A stretch of DNA of 62,851 nt, counting the filler, from Basidiobolus meristosporus CBS 931.73 (Eukaryota > Fungi > Basidiobolomycota): assembly GCA_002104905.1 (NCBI GenBank). It is 4 parts of 4 records of this genome, joined end to end, with 100 filler letters (N's around TTAATTAATTAA, not from the genome) between each part and the next. Parts side by side here need not be neighbours in the genome. Positions count along the whole stretch, not along the records: positions 43,926 to 53,575 come from MCFE01001320.1; positions 53,676 to 62,851 come from MCFE01001329.1; 2 more parts are not named here. One strand, written 5' to 3'. Below the pieces are notes generated by a model that saw only the letters and a program-made list of their open reading frames with translations, had not been told where the DNA came from and did no database searches. The translations under genes and the position numbers were made by a program. This document shows, one piece after another, positions 44,000 to 57,759 of the stretch; within the stretch, counting starts at the first letter, position 1; every line of letters starts with the position of its first letter.

Positions 44000-45600
44000 T
44001 TCACCACATTTCGAGCGTAATATACCAAGTAAGGGTGATTGGCCATGGATATTTATGAAGCTAAGGTGGATCCACTCCGATCCCGCCCCTCAACACTTCG
44101 GTCAGAGTTCGAGCTGCGATGACCAAGTTTCCGGATCGGCCATTAATGACTGACTGGGTTACACACGAGAAGACTCTAAATTAACTAGGGGAGAATACTT
44201 TGTCCGGAAGGGGGCGGGATTTATCCTGAGGAACTCAAGAGTGGCCGTAGGTTCATAGGTTACCATTGTGCACGCCGTGTTGCCATTAAAGGGACTGAAG
44301 GGCGTGAACAACAATGATCCGGGTCGCAATCAGCTAGGCATGAATTTGATTGCCTCAAATGGGCAAGCTTCACACATTGACAAAGGGATCCCTTCGGCCT
44401 CGGGTAAATATCGAACCATTGTTTTCTACGCCTTGCATCGCGTAATGTGTCACCAATGGACACATTCATCGAAACAGATGCCTGCGGTGACATCAACCCC
44501 CTCCTGGCGCCCCTCAAAACGTCACCTCTCTTCTGCCCCTGATGGACTGGATTCTTCCTGCCCGCATCGGCAATTAATTGGGTTTTCCATCATAGCTCTA
44601 ACCTAATACTTGCTGATCATTTCGCTTCATTGTCACTAGTCTCACCGGCGAATCAGAAAATCACCGAGTATGGAGTCCGAACGATCTTCGATCATCCAAG
44701 ATGATTCCGATGTGGGCTGCTAATCCGTTATATCTCACCATTGCCGGATAAACTGGGGGACCAGTCAAGTGTTTTGCGCCGTAGATGGCACGAAGAATGT
44801 CAGCTACAACTGCATAGAGAGGGATCGATCGGAGCCCCCTCATGCGTGCCATTCTCACCAACTTCCATATCACCCAAGGCCAAATTAGCCTTATCTCTCG
44901 TCCTAGGTGCTCGGCTAGCTTCCACTGGCAATCCGATTTTGTCATGGTATTCATTGGTTTGAATGGTGGTGGGATGCCTGGGTAGCACGGTCTATGGCTG
45001 ATGGAAGGAATTGAGCCTTGGATGATAGAAGTTTGGGTACAACTAGGTGGCTTAGTGGAAGCTTCCTGCTCATTTGTCGAAAGATTCCCCAAGTTCACAG
45101 GTTCAAGTTCGGGGAAATCGGCGAGCTGACGGTGTTAAGGGAAGTCTTGGGCGCTTTTGGTTGAAATACGGTGAATTTTGAAGACTTGAGCACCAATCCT
45201 TGTAAACCATCCCAAACATGAGATAGTTCAAAATGGACAACCCCCAGTAAATCTGTGACTCGCCAGTACATAAAAGGGTTTCTTGATCAATAGGATAGTA
45301 GAAACTGGAGCGACGCTGAAGGAGTGTTATTGGCCTAGACCATTTTAAGCAATTTCCAATTCCCTCATCTATTTATCTACGGATTTCTGGAAATGCTCTT
45401 GCGCAAAAGGACGCATATGTTTATCATTAAAATGGCAGGTTGTCCGCAGCTGAAGTGAGTGTAGAGTCCATTCACCTCGAAATTCTTCGGACGGTCACTT
45501 TCAATTATCTCCTAGTCTGAGCCATTTGGCATCCAGGTGGAATATCCACTTGATCATCATTGTTTCGTGGGATTATTGGTTGTTTGAATTTGCAAACTAT
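44000..45600 (-). mobile_element. Degenerate L1/Tx1-like LINE C-terminal relic
   Basis: WVIWKLVRMAR resembles the L1-clade WxIWxxRN motif; GCPF remnant; broken frames. Confidence 0.4.
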
Positions 45601-46199
45601 CCCATCTATATGGCTACAACCGCAGACCAAATTTCTGGGAGGATTGATAGTAACTTGCCAGATGGATTGTATACAATTTCCTTATTTGTTTGTTGCATCC
45701 AGTAAAATATAATATCTACTAAAGCCAAATATTGTGATGGAATCCGATTGTATATTTGGTGGCAAAGTAGGTAACCGTAAACATGTATAACATAGGTTTG
45801 AGTTGTTACAAGATTCTGTGAATTATCAGAAGTGATCTAGATAGCTAGTAGGCTTACATGATAGAACTGCATAATATTCACTTACTGAGTTATCGAGCTC
45901 AAGTAAGGTACTTGTGCTTTTTGGGTAGCTTTATCAAAATATCAATAGAATGTCTTAAAGAAAGTCCTAGGAAGTGATGTGCAAAGGGCTGTGGGAAAAG
46001 TTCAAAAATATTGATAACTTTAAGGCCTTCATTGACTTCTAACAGTTAGTCTGTATTTAACAACCCAAAATTTGATAAATGATTCTTGGCTCAGCAATAA
46101 GCTACATTGAGTTTTAAGATTTCTGAATGAAATATATCTTAACTGAATATTTACAACCATGGTTATATTTTACTGTATAGCATCTCAGTCTACCATACC

Positions 46200-48646
46200 A
46201 TACCATACATAGGTATAGCTAAAATGCAACTGACTTGGTCACTTACATCATTACATACAAATCTTAAAGAATACTGACCAAATTCTGTGTTAAAATTTAC
46301 TTAGAATATTCTCACCAAAATATCTAGAACCCAGAACATGAAAATTCTCAAAGTTGTCCAAACAGCCCAAACTTTGCTCACATGCTCCTGGGATCTTCTT
46401 CAACCTGTTCTATGTGTTTGTTATGCCAAGACCATGTAAGAGTATAAACATTACTTTTACAATTAATAAGTCATTCAGTGAAACCACATAATCTACCTGT
46501 ACTCCAAATCACTTCCGACATTTTCAGGACTCATACAACAAAGATGAGGATGATATAACAGTAAGTACCAAGAGTGGAAGATGAAGACAAAGATGCTGCC
46601 ACAAGAAAGAAACCTTTGGGATATTGTCATTGGAGAAGAATGCCCTTCAATAAGGTACAAGAGGAAGCCTTAAAGTACCACAAGAAGGAACAGAGTGCCA
46701 TCAACTGTATTTGCCTTAATGTTGGAGACACATTGCTAATTGAATGCTCAAGAGCAAAAGTGAAAAAAATGCCTCAAAGGCATTAGAAGACACATACTAG
46801 CCATGTTCAGCTGCTAATGAAATGTATCTTAGACAAAAACTCTTTACTCTAAAGTTGCTGCCAGGAGGAGAAATGAAAAGTCTAAATAGCAGAATTTCCC
46901 TGCTGGTGGATGAATGAATCTGTGGGTATACCAACAATTAATGATGATGTGATAGTTACCCTCCTGAATGTTGCAAGAGTCTTGGAGATCTTGGAAGTGA
47001 TTGGGTGGACAAGTAGATTATGTGGTTTTCACTTAATGATTTATTGAATGTAAAATTAGTGTTTATACTTTTACATGGTCTTGGCATAACAAACATGTTG
47101 AATAGGTTAAGAAAGGTCCTAAGAACATGTGTGCAAAGTTTGGGGCTGTTTGGACAACTTTGAGAATTTTCATGTTCTGGGTACCTGGTATTTTGGTGAA
47201 AATATTCTAAGTAAATCCCAACAAGGAATTTGGTCAGTATTCTCTAGGATTTGAAGGTGATGATCTAAGTGACTAAGCTAGGTGAATATTTAGGTGGAAT
47301 TACAAATTTTTACAACACTGAATAGCCTGACAAACAGGTTTCAGGGCTTTCTATCAGCCCTAGAGTCCAGAACTGCAATTCACACTGAGTAAAATGATCC
47401 GCATATTGCTTTTGGTATCAGAGACCAAAGTCTATACAAGATGACTTATATCCTATTGTATCAAGAAGCCAATATAAGTACCTTAAATGACAAAACACCA
47501 ATGCTTAGGCACAGGAGATTTGGTCACATAAATATTGACTATTTGGGCAAATTGATCAAAGATCAGCAAATCTCTGGAGTATAAATTGACCCCCCTGATG
47601 ATTTGGAACACTATCAGGCCTGCATACATGGGAAACAGGCCAGATAACTACTCCAGTGCTCTGGTTTAATCAAAACTATGAAAAACTTAGATTTTATTTA
47701 CCCAGATCTTTGTGGACCTATCCCATATTTATCCTTAAGCAGGATGAAGTATTTGTTTACATCTACAGATGAGTATACAAGATACACATAGATCTACTTC
47801 ATGAAACAAAAGGAAGAAGCTCTGTCTAAGCTCACAAAGTTTAATGCAATGGTGGAGAGAGAAACTGGTGAAAAATTCAAGAAAATGTGCTCTGACAATG
47901 GTGAAGATTATACCTCAAAACTCTGCATCCACTACTACAAAATTAATGGGATAAAGCAAGAGACTATTGTACCATGCTCCCCACAGCAAAATGGACTAGC
48001 AGAACATGCAAAAAGATCAATAATAGGTATGGCAAGACCTGTGATCTATGCTTAAAATTATCCTATAATTTTTGGGCGGAATCAGTTGCCACAGCTGTAT
48101 ACCCTAAAAATAGGAGTTAGGACAGAGTAGTTTGTGATTCTACACCATTTGAGGCATGGTATGGATACAGACCAAGTGCAGAACACTGAAAACTATTTGG
48201 GTGCACAGGATATGCCATGAAACTGCCAGGGAAGCCATCAAAACTTGAGCCAAAGAGTGTGAAATGCATATTTTTGGGCCACTGCAATGAGCACAAAGCA
48301 CACACACTCTACAGTACCAAAAAAAAAGAAGCTGATCAAGCCTAGGGAGGTGTTATATGACCAAAATCTATAATTTTCACAAAATGACATCAGATGATGA
48401 CAAAAATCTGATCTCAAGTCCACTGATAGTCAAGATTACATCAGAGGAGGACAATGAAGATTTTCTGACACCAGAGGACTTTACCACTGTGTTTCAGCCT
48501 GAATCAGTGCCCAGGAATATCACAGAATCAATCATTTCAATATTACAAACCAGGAGATCCAACTATACCAGAAATAATCCAAATTGCTTTATCAATGAGG
48601 GTACAAGCTTGACCTATGCCTACTCACTGTACATTAGAGAAACTCA
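46200..48646 (+). mobile_element. Copia element fragment (LTR A 46200-46540, gag, integrase)
   Basis: gag AANEMYLRQKLFTLK; integrase CSDNGEDY, PQQNGLAE; interrupted by a solo LTR. Confidence 0.85.
46969..47317 (-). repeat. Solo LTR (Copia family A)
   Basis: TGTTGCAAG...TTACAACA, 349 bp, TSD CTGAA (46964-46968, 47318-47322). Confidence 0.95.
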
Positions 48647-50030
48647 TGCTATGCAAGTCTTGGAAATATTGGAAGTGATTGGGAGAGCAAGTAGATTAAG
48701 TGGCTTTCATTCAATGATTAATTGGATGCAAAAGTAATATCTGTACTCTTAAGTGGTCCTTGCATAGGAAACACATTGATATTTATAGGAAGGTCCCAAA
48801 AGCATGAGTGCAAAGTTTGGGGCTGTTTGGACAACTTTGAGAATTTTCATGTTTTGGGTTCTAGATATTTTGGTGAGAAAATTCTAAGTAAATCCTAACA
48901 CAGAATTTGGTCAGTATTCTTTAAGATTTGTAGGTAATGATCTAAGTGACCAATTTAGGTGAGTATTTAGGTGGAATTATAAATTTTTACAACACTACCA
49001 CTCAGCCAAATGTTCATACTGACTAGTTCAATTTTGACCTAACATATCCAAGTTTGTCCCTATCTAATGGTTTGGTAAGCATGTCTGCAATCATTTCATC
49101 TGTAGGACAGTAAACTATGTGGACTATGTTATTCTCTATAGCATCACATATGAAATGATGTCTAATATCCATGTGCTTAGTTCTAGCATCAAAAGTTAGA
49201 TTTCTACCTAATTGTCAACATCCTTGATTACCTTGAAATAAAGTAATAGGTATTTTTTGACATAAGCCTAAATCTGCATAAAGCTTTCTTAACCACACTG
49301 CTAATTCTGTAGCTTCACAGGCTGCCATATAGTCTGCCTCTGTGGCAGAAAGTGCATGGTTTGCTTTACAGTAAAGTCATAGGTATCCTGTGGTGGATTT
49401 TTGGTCTTCTAGGTTTCATCCCTAATCTGCATCAGAGTGTCCCACAAGATCCTGTGCTGAATCCTTTCCGGTGTACCTTAGGTAGATATCAGCAGTTCAT
49501 TTTAGGTACTTTAAAATATTTCCTCAACTACCACAACAAGATCAGCTCCATGGTTCAGATTATGCTGACTGCCAACTGGCACTGAATATGAGATATCTGA
49601 GCATGTTCCAAGCATGATGTACATTGCACTACCAGCCATGGATTAATAATGAAACTCCGCACTTTCAGATGGCTCCAAGTTCTCTTTATTGGGTTAAGTT
49701 TTGACTAAGTTAAGGCTTATCTTCATTGGGGTAGCTACAGGTTTACATTCTTCCAGTTGGTATTTCTTTAGTATATCTTGAATATACTTGTGTTGGCTTA
49801 GGGTGATGATCTGGGTACTTCTGTCTATGGGGAGTTTTATCCTTAAGTAATAGTTGAGTTCTCCTAGATCAGACATCTTTAACTCTTTAGATAAGCTAGA
49901 TTTAGTCACTCCTAATGTTTCTAGGCTATTGGTGGCTATAATAAGATCATCCACATTTAGAGCTAATAGTACAGGATTTGCTCTATCTGGCACTATAGTA
50001 TATACTATAGTCAGCATTACTCCTTAGAAT
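48647..50030 (-). mobile_element. Copia 3' part (RT, RNase H, PPT, LTR A 48647-48994)
   Basis: LNVDDLII; ADMLTKP; PPT GCTGAGTGGTAG adjoining the LTR. Confidence 0.9.
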
Positions 50031-50457
50031 TGGAGTGCACCAACCAATTGCAACTGCTATACTGCTGTGATGAAAATTTTTGATCAAGTTTTTGGTGAAA
50101 TCTGGGGCAATTATTTCTTAACAGTCTTTGCACAGTGCCCTGACAGAATTAATACCTCATAGTCATGGGACTTTAATTCTGTGATTGCCTTTTGAGGGGA
50201 TCATCACAATTATTTTTCATAGGGTATCATCATGAGCCTGGAATTGCAAGATATATTCATATTTGGAACCATTGAGTTTCCAAAGGAGTACTGCTGACTA
50301 TGCAAATACTATTAACCAGATAGAGCAAATCCAGTTCCATTGGCTCTATATGTGGATGATCTTATTATACCTGCCAATAACCAAGAAACCTTGGAGGAGA
50401 CTAAATCCAGCCTACCTAAGGAGTTTAAGATGTCTGATCTAGGAGAACTCAGTTACT

Positions 50458-53400
50458 AGATTTGTTCTATTGGATAGTGCCACATTGAGCCATCAGTGGC
50501 AAATGATGCCATAGTGTGCCAAGGAGGCCAATTGAGCCTATGCTTTGCCACAGAGTGTGAAACATAGCTCTACATCTTCATGCAAGCAGCCCCTGTGTTT
50601 CACCCCTTGTGCTGGAGAAAATACATTTTTTGACCTTTTTTTTTTGGATCAAGGTTGTTCAGGATGTATGAGAGCACAGAAGGACTGAAGACATGCATCC
50701 AATACTCAATACCCATGGCACTCTGAATCTAGCTCCTGTGGCTTTTATCATGTCACAAAAATGCATGGCACTGTCTTGGTCCACTGGTACTCTCTGGCAC
50801 TATAAGTGCTTCATATAGGTCTTACTTTGGGCTAATATTTAAATACAGTTGCATCCTGGTATGATTTTGCAAAGAAGTAGTAATAAATCCTCAAAGCCCC
50901 CATTACTGATATTATTGGAAATGCACCACTTCTCTAGCCACAACATTATATCATTCACCAGCAGATAGTGTACTGGGCTCACTTGGCTCCATGAAGTATC
51001 CTTAGCATTAGTTTCAATGGGTGCTGTCTCATTGCAGATTGGGATTTGACTGGGCTCATGAGTGGTACTGTTTTTGGGGAGATAGGCTCACAATCCATCA
51101 GTGAACCTTCTTTGTCAGAGCTATCACTCTGCATGCCATATTCAGAAGGCTGAGGTGAGCCTAAAGGCATCACAAACTCACCTGACTCAGTTTGCACAAG
51201 GTGACAAAGACAGCCAGGTGCCAATAAAGAAGTATTGACTGGCCTGCAAGATAATGTTGGTACAGTAGTGACTGATGAATGGTCCAATATGACTTCTGTG
51301 GCAAAACACTGGCCATGATCCTTGTAATACTTCTTATGCTGTCCACATGCTTCACATCTGAGAGGCTTGCTACAATAGCCACATGGTCTTTTTTGTCTTC
51401 ACTTACAGCATTGAACCAAAGTAGTCTTGTCCATGGGGCAAACAGTTTGACCTTGAACATCATTATGCTATTATTTCACTTTTTTGTCAATACTCATGTG
51501 AATTTAAGACAGTCTTGTATTTGAGACATTGCACCCACATTAATGTAAGATTCAATGATGACCCACCACAGTAACCAAAAAATAAAGCAAAGTTGTCTGG
51601 TTCCCAACCAAACCCCACCACTGACAGCAGCAGAAGAACAGTTGGACAACAGCTAGCTTTGACATTTAGTGCAACAAGCAGGGCTACATCTAAAAAAGCT
51701 CATGTTGACAGTGTGCCCACTGAAGGTAGTAATGTGGAATCTCAGGCCCTCAGTGAGGTAGGCAATTGGAACCTCAGTGGAGCCACAAGCTGACCATTAT
51801 ACTCAGGCAGATGAGAATGTAGGAAACACAGTACCCTCAGGTGAAGACCAGCAAGTAGCCATCATAACATCACCACCACCCATACTGGCAAGCATGTTGT
51901 CAGCTCACACTAAAGCATTAATGAAGCAATTAGGTGCAGTGGCTGATAGGATAGATGCAATGGACCAGAGAAATCTGAAAATAGTCCAGAAATAGGATGA
52001 GCAGATAATAAGTGTAGAGCAATCAATATCCCAGGTAGAGAAAGCAGTATCTTTGCTGCAAAGAAAGAACTCAAGTGGCTCAATGCCTCAGCCAAGAATT
52101 GAGTCATTTCCCAATGCAACAGCAGAGGAACACTGTACAGTCTCTGAGGTACAACAACAGTGCACAAAGATAAAGCCTACAGAAAAACCCATTGTAGTGT
52201 GGGACGGAGACAATGTGGTGTATATACCAAAGCTTAAAAATCAAGAGATATTGAAGATCTGTGAAGCTGTTGAGTGCAATAATGAAGAGTGGGCTAATAA
52301 TCAAGAGGCCAACAGAAGTCTAGCACACCATCACCTTAAGGCTGGCATACCATGGAACCATCAGGAACTCAAGGCCTAGCAGAATGCACTTGACTTCTTC
52401 CATGAGCATTATCCTGGATTCAAACAGGCAAATGGATTTTAGGTCAGCATTGGTTTGCTAAAAAAGTATCTTAAGAACAGCCAAAACTACCAAAGGCAGC
52501 AGAACAACAGTGCCATGACTAAAGACCAGCGGCTTCCTTAAGAGCCCATTACAAGCAGAGCAGAAAGCTCTAGACAAGTGTCAAACAGATGTCAGGTAGC
52601 TGGAAGAGCGCCAATTAGGGACAAGCAGGCAGACACAGATGCACCAGCACAACATTTACCAAGGAAAAAGCATAGTACCACTCAAGATGCACTCAGTCAA
52701 AGTAGCAGTGAAGGACCTGGCAGTGATAAAAACCAGCAGCTTTTACAGGAGCCCATCACAACTACAGTTGAGAGCTGTTGTATCCAAGAGAAAAGTGTAA
52801 CAAAACTCTTGAATGAGTTAACTGAACCTAAGTGACAACTAAGTGCAGAATCTTAGAATTGTCAAGAGTGACAGAAATATCAGCAATGAGATTCTAGTCT
52901 AATATTGGTCTTGTATATAGCTGAGTTGGGCTATAAAGGCAACAGAGTTGGTTTGCTATGCAAGCTAGGCTTGGTGCTCTTGGGGGTACTAGATATGCTA
53001 GGCTTGGGCAGAAACTAGAACAGAATTGTTGAATTCTTAATTTTGCTGAGGCACAATCTTAATTTTGTTGAGACACACACTAAACCAATAGGTTCAATAA
53101 TGTTTGTTTATATTTTTCTGATCAAGTTGAATTAGTAAGTGCCAAGAGACTGGACTAATTGAAATCTGTTGGGGTGTTGATAGGTGCATAAGATAAATGA
53201 AAAATTGCATCATTAATCAGCTGGGTCTTGACAACTATTGAGTGGCTGGATAGATCTCGGATGACTAATCCTTTGGAAAGGCTTAGCAGTTCAGTTGAAG
53301 ACATAATGACCACATGATAATTGATAAGGTGTGACAGCTAAAAATAGCTTCTGAGAAGTGATAAAATAAGCCATAACAGGGATTAGTTATGTTTGGTTAG

Positions 53401-53575
53401 GGAAAATCAGTTAGGGTGCCAGATTTTCTAAAGGAGTGAAATTGGCTAAGTTTTAAATGTTGATGCACAACAAGAGCTCAAAACAAGCAGGAAAGAAACA
53501 TCAGGTTGCCAGAAGATTGCCAGCAAGGGACAAGCAGGCCAAAACAGATGTGTCAGAGCAGAATTTATCAAGGAG
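50458..53575. mobile_element. DNA-transposon relic (CACTA/Harbinger-like) with accessory ORF on + and transposase-like tail on -
   Basis: Starts AGATTTGTTCTAT (like the MITE TIR) with the same GTGCC repeats and cuts a Copia RT fragment (50330-50457). Broken coiled-coil ORF 51593-52835. Confidence 0.4.
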
Positions 53576-53675
53576 NNNNNNNNNNNNNNNNNNNNNNNNN
53601 NNNNNNNNNNNNNNNNNNNTTAATTAATTAANNNNNNNNNNNNNNNNNNNNNNNNNNNNNNNNNNNNNNNNNNNN

Positions 53676-56600
53676 TCCTCTTTATGAATAAGCAATAGTT
53701 TAACTATTATCACTATATCTAAATAAGTTCCTTATATCCAAATCACTATTAAATTGCAACAGGCTATGAGCCCAATTGCTTTAACCTACTCTAAGGATGA
53801 CTTCTACCAGCAAACAGAACAATACAAACATCTTCCTTGTAAAGGAGAGGTTTGATGGGAGGAACTACAGACTTTGGAGAATCAAGATGCAGATCCACCT
53901 TGAGGAAAGAAAGCTTTGGAATACAGTAACAGGAAGAGAGGTTGAGCCCAAAGGAACAGCAGAAGCAGTGGAGGAGTTTCCAGAGAAGGAGATAAAGGCC
54001 TTTAATGCTACACATACTAATGCATAAGATTCCTTCATTAGATATATCCATGCTTCAAATACTGCCAAAGCAGCATGGGAATCCTTAGAGAAGATGTTTA
54101 GAGCAAAATCAGTATCATGCAAGTTTTATCTAAAACAAAAGTTCTTCAACATGAGGAAGAAGCCAGATGATGACATGCTACAACTCATTACCAGAATGGA
54201 GACACTTGCAGAACAACTTGACAGTATCAATGCTGGTGTAGATGATGAAGAAAAGATACTCTGTCTACTTTGCAGCCTACCAGATGAGTGTGAGCCACTC
54301 ATTTTTTCTTTTGAAAGCAGAGAAGATAATTTGACTTTGGACTATGTCAAAGGATAACTTCTTCATGAAGAACTCAGATGTAATGCTCAAGCAGAGAAAA
54401 TTGAAGACAATGCTTTATTCAGCTCAGAGTGGCACACAGAAAAGAAAGGGAAGCAACAAAACCAAAAAAAACCTGGTTGCTGTAACTACTGTAAGAAACC
54501 AAGACACTGGGCATCAGAATGCAAGAAGAAACAAGCAGACAAAAGCCAGAAATTGGAGCAGGCAAACCATGTAACTACTGAAGAACAGTTATTTGTAACT
54601 GTACAAGAGAGTGCAAGTAACCAAAATATTGAATGGTATATTGACTCTGGAGCATTGCAGCATACTTATGGTATAAAGGAGTGGTTCTGCAACTTAAAGA
54701 CTATTCCCATAAGAATGGCCTATCTGGAAGGAAACTCTGCACTGGAAGCTACCACCTGTGGCTCTATACTCTTAAGCATGAGTGATATCTCAGGGGCTAC
54801 AGCAGCAGAACTGACCGTCATACTCTACATCCCTGGAATAGCTAAGAACTTACTCTTAGTCAATAAAGCAATTGCTCAGGGACTGATATTTGTTTTTACT
54901 AAGCTGAACTGCTCAATATTGAGTGAAAATGAGCAAAAATTAGCTTTGGGAATCAGAGATCACAATATATACAAGTTACAATGCAAGATCATTGTACCTG
55001 AGTATGCCAACATTGCTGAAACTGACGAAACTAACTGGGAGATGTGACATAGAAGGCTAGGACACATTGGGGAACAGAAAATGAGCCAATTGATGAAAAA
55101 TGAGCTTGTTTCAGGCCTAAATTACTCAATATTAATCACATTTAGTGTCTGTAAGGGATGTCCATATGGCAAACAAGCTAGGCAATGTTTCAGGAGCTCA
55201 GGAGGCATTAGCATCACCAAAATATTGGCTATTGTAAATTCAGATATATGTGTGCCAATGAGAACACTGTCCTTTGGAGCCAAGAGATACTTTATGACTT
55301 TTGTTGATGACAAGACCAGATATACATGGGTATACTTCCTCAAAACAAAGGATGAGGCTTTAGAGATGTTTAAACACTTCAAGAACATGGTAGAAACCCA
55401 AACTGGGTGTAAATTGAAGATACTGTGGAGTCACAATGGAGGGGACTAATGCTCAAAGGAGTTTGCAAAATACTGCGCATCCACTGGTATTATTCAGCAG
55501 ACCAATGTTCCACATACTCCACAGCAAAACAGAATAGCAGAATGTCCCAATAGAGCAATAGTAGAGATGGGAAGTTCCATGCTACATGATATGGAAATGG
55601 ACTACAAATTTTGTGCTGAATTTGTTGCTACTACAGCATACATCAAGAATCAACAACCATCAACAGCATTATGGGATTCTTCACTCATTGAAGCATATAG
55701 AGGCAAAAATCAGACCTTCAGCACCTCAGGATCTTTGACAGTGAAGTCTTTCATCACATCCCTGACAAAAAACACTCATGGCTGGAACCAAAGAGTAGAA
55801 AAGGGATCTTTCTTGGGAATTATGATGACACTAAAGGGTATAGAGTGTTTGATGGCAAAATTCAGAAGCTGATCAAGAGCAGGGATGTTTTATTTGAGGA
55901 GAGTTCATATCAGAAAGCCACAAAACTCATTGGCTAGCTGCCTGATGATACAATCATCACTGATGAAGAAGATACGTACCCATATCTCCCAGATATGGAA
56001 GATATTTCAACCAGTGCCAGATCAGAGCAGATTATCCCTGTTGGGAGATCTACCAGAATAAGAAATACCCATGGATCCTAGTGGCAGACATCCAACAATC
56101 ATGAAGAAGCTTATCTTGCCATGTGACAAACCTCAGAACCTGGAACAGGCATTGCAAAGTCCAGATGCTACTATGTGGCAACAAGCCATGCAGGAGGGCT
56201 ACTAATCACTGATCAAAGCAAAAACATGGGAACTGGTATATGTATCAAATGGGAGAAAGCCAATAGGATGTAGATGGGTCTACAAGATCAAGATAACCTT
56301 AAATGGTACCATTGATAAGTACAAAGCTAGATTGGTGGCTCAAGGCTATTCCCAGATCCAAGGAATAGACTTTAAGGAAACAAACATCCTAGTTCTGTAT
56401 GTGGATTACCTAGTAATAGCTACAAGTGACCAGGAGGCACTTTAACAGACAAAATCAGATCCCTTCCGCAAGCTTAGTATGAAAGATCTTGGAAAATTGA
56501 GCTATTTTCTTAGAATTGAAGTGAACTTTGACTTACCTACAAAGATGGTTGTGCTAAATCAGTCTAAGTACATCAGGGACATTCTTAGATGCTGCAAAAT

Positions 56601-57750
56601 TGAAAATTGCAAGCCTGCAGTTACCCCTATGGACAATAATCTAGAATTGAGCAAATCTAAGCCAGTTTTAGGTAAAAATAGCTCAAACATCACCAAAACT
56701 TTCCCTATCAATCAATGATGAGCAGCCTAATGTACTTGATGGTGTCTACATGTCTTGATATTGCAGTGGCAGCTGGATTAGTCAGTCAATTAATGCAGAA
56801 TTATGGATCAAATCAAATTACAGCAGTTAAGCGGATTTCAGATATCTACAAGGTAACATGAATATAGTACTGGAATACTCTGGAGCAGGTAATAGGCAGA
56901 AGTTTGATGGTTATAGTGATTCAGACTGGGGAAGAGATCTGATTGACAGATGCTCTACTGCTGGGTATGTATTTCTTTATGCAGATGCAGCTATTACTTG
57001 GAATTGCAAGAAGCAACCAACTGTGACACTATCTACAACTGAAGCTGAATACATGGCTGCTTGCCAAGCAACTAAGGAGGCTATATGGCCACAGAAATTA
57101 CTCAAAGACTTAGACTTTAATTCAGATGAACCAACATGTACTTACAAAAATAATCCAAGTTGTATAGCATTAGATAGGAATCCTACAAATCACGCCAGAA
57201 CTGAGCAAATAGATGTACAACACCACTTTGTGGGGGAAGCTGTAGAAAATAACTTAGTAGAGTTAGTTTACTGTCCAACTGACAAAATGGTGGCAGATAT
57301 ATTGACAAAGCCACTAGCTAGACTAGAATTTGAGAGTCTCAGAGGGGAATTAGGATTAAGAAATATTTAGTTGAGGGGGAGTGTTGAAATATTAAGCTAT
57401 TTGGTTTCATTCAGCAGCTAAAAACTTACTTAGAAATTCTAGACTAGTATTGGTTACTGTAGGACTTATTTGCAGCCCAACTTTGCCAGTTTCTTCACAT
57501 CTATGATCCTATGATTTTTCCCATATTGTGAAGATCATATCAGCACTTTTTACCAAACATTATGTACTAACCATGAAACTGTTACAGAATGCTCCTGAAT
57601 GTTAAGAAACCCTCCTTAATTAGTGTTGCAGTTGTAATACTTCTACAAAGGTATAAATACTGATCCTCTTTATGAATAAACAATAGTTCAACAATTATCA
57701 CTATATCCTGATAAGTTCCTTGTATCCAAATCACTTCTTACATTGCCATA
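53676..57750 (+). mobile_element. Nearly complete degenerate Ty1/Copia element (LTR family B)
   Basis: 5' LTR end at 53761; PBS GGCTATGAGCCC; gag (FDGRNYRLW, zinc knuckle remnant), protease (WYIDSGA), integrase, RT/RH with internal deletion; PPT GAGGGGGAG; 3' LTR from 57382. Confidence 0.93.
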
Positions 57751-57759
57751 ATAATCTGG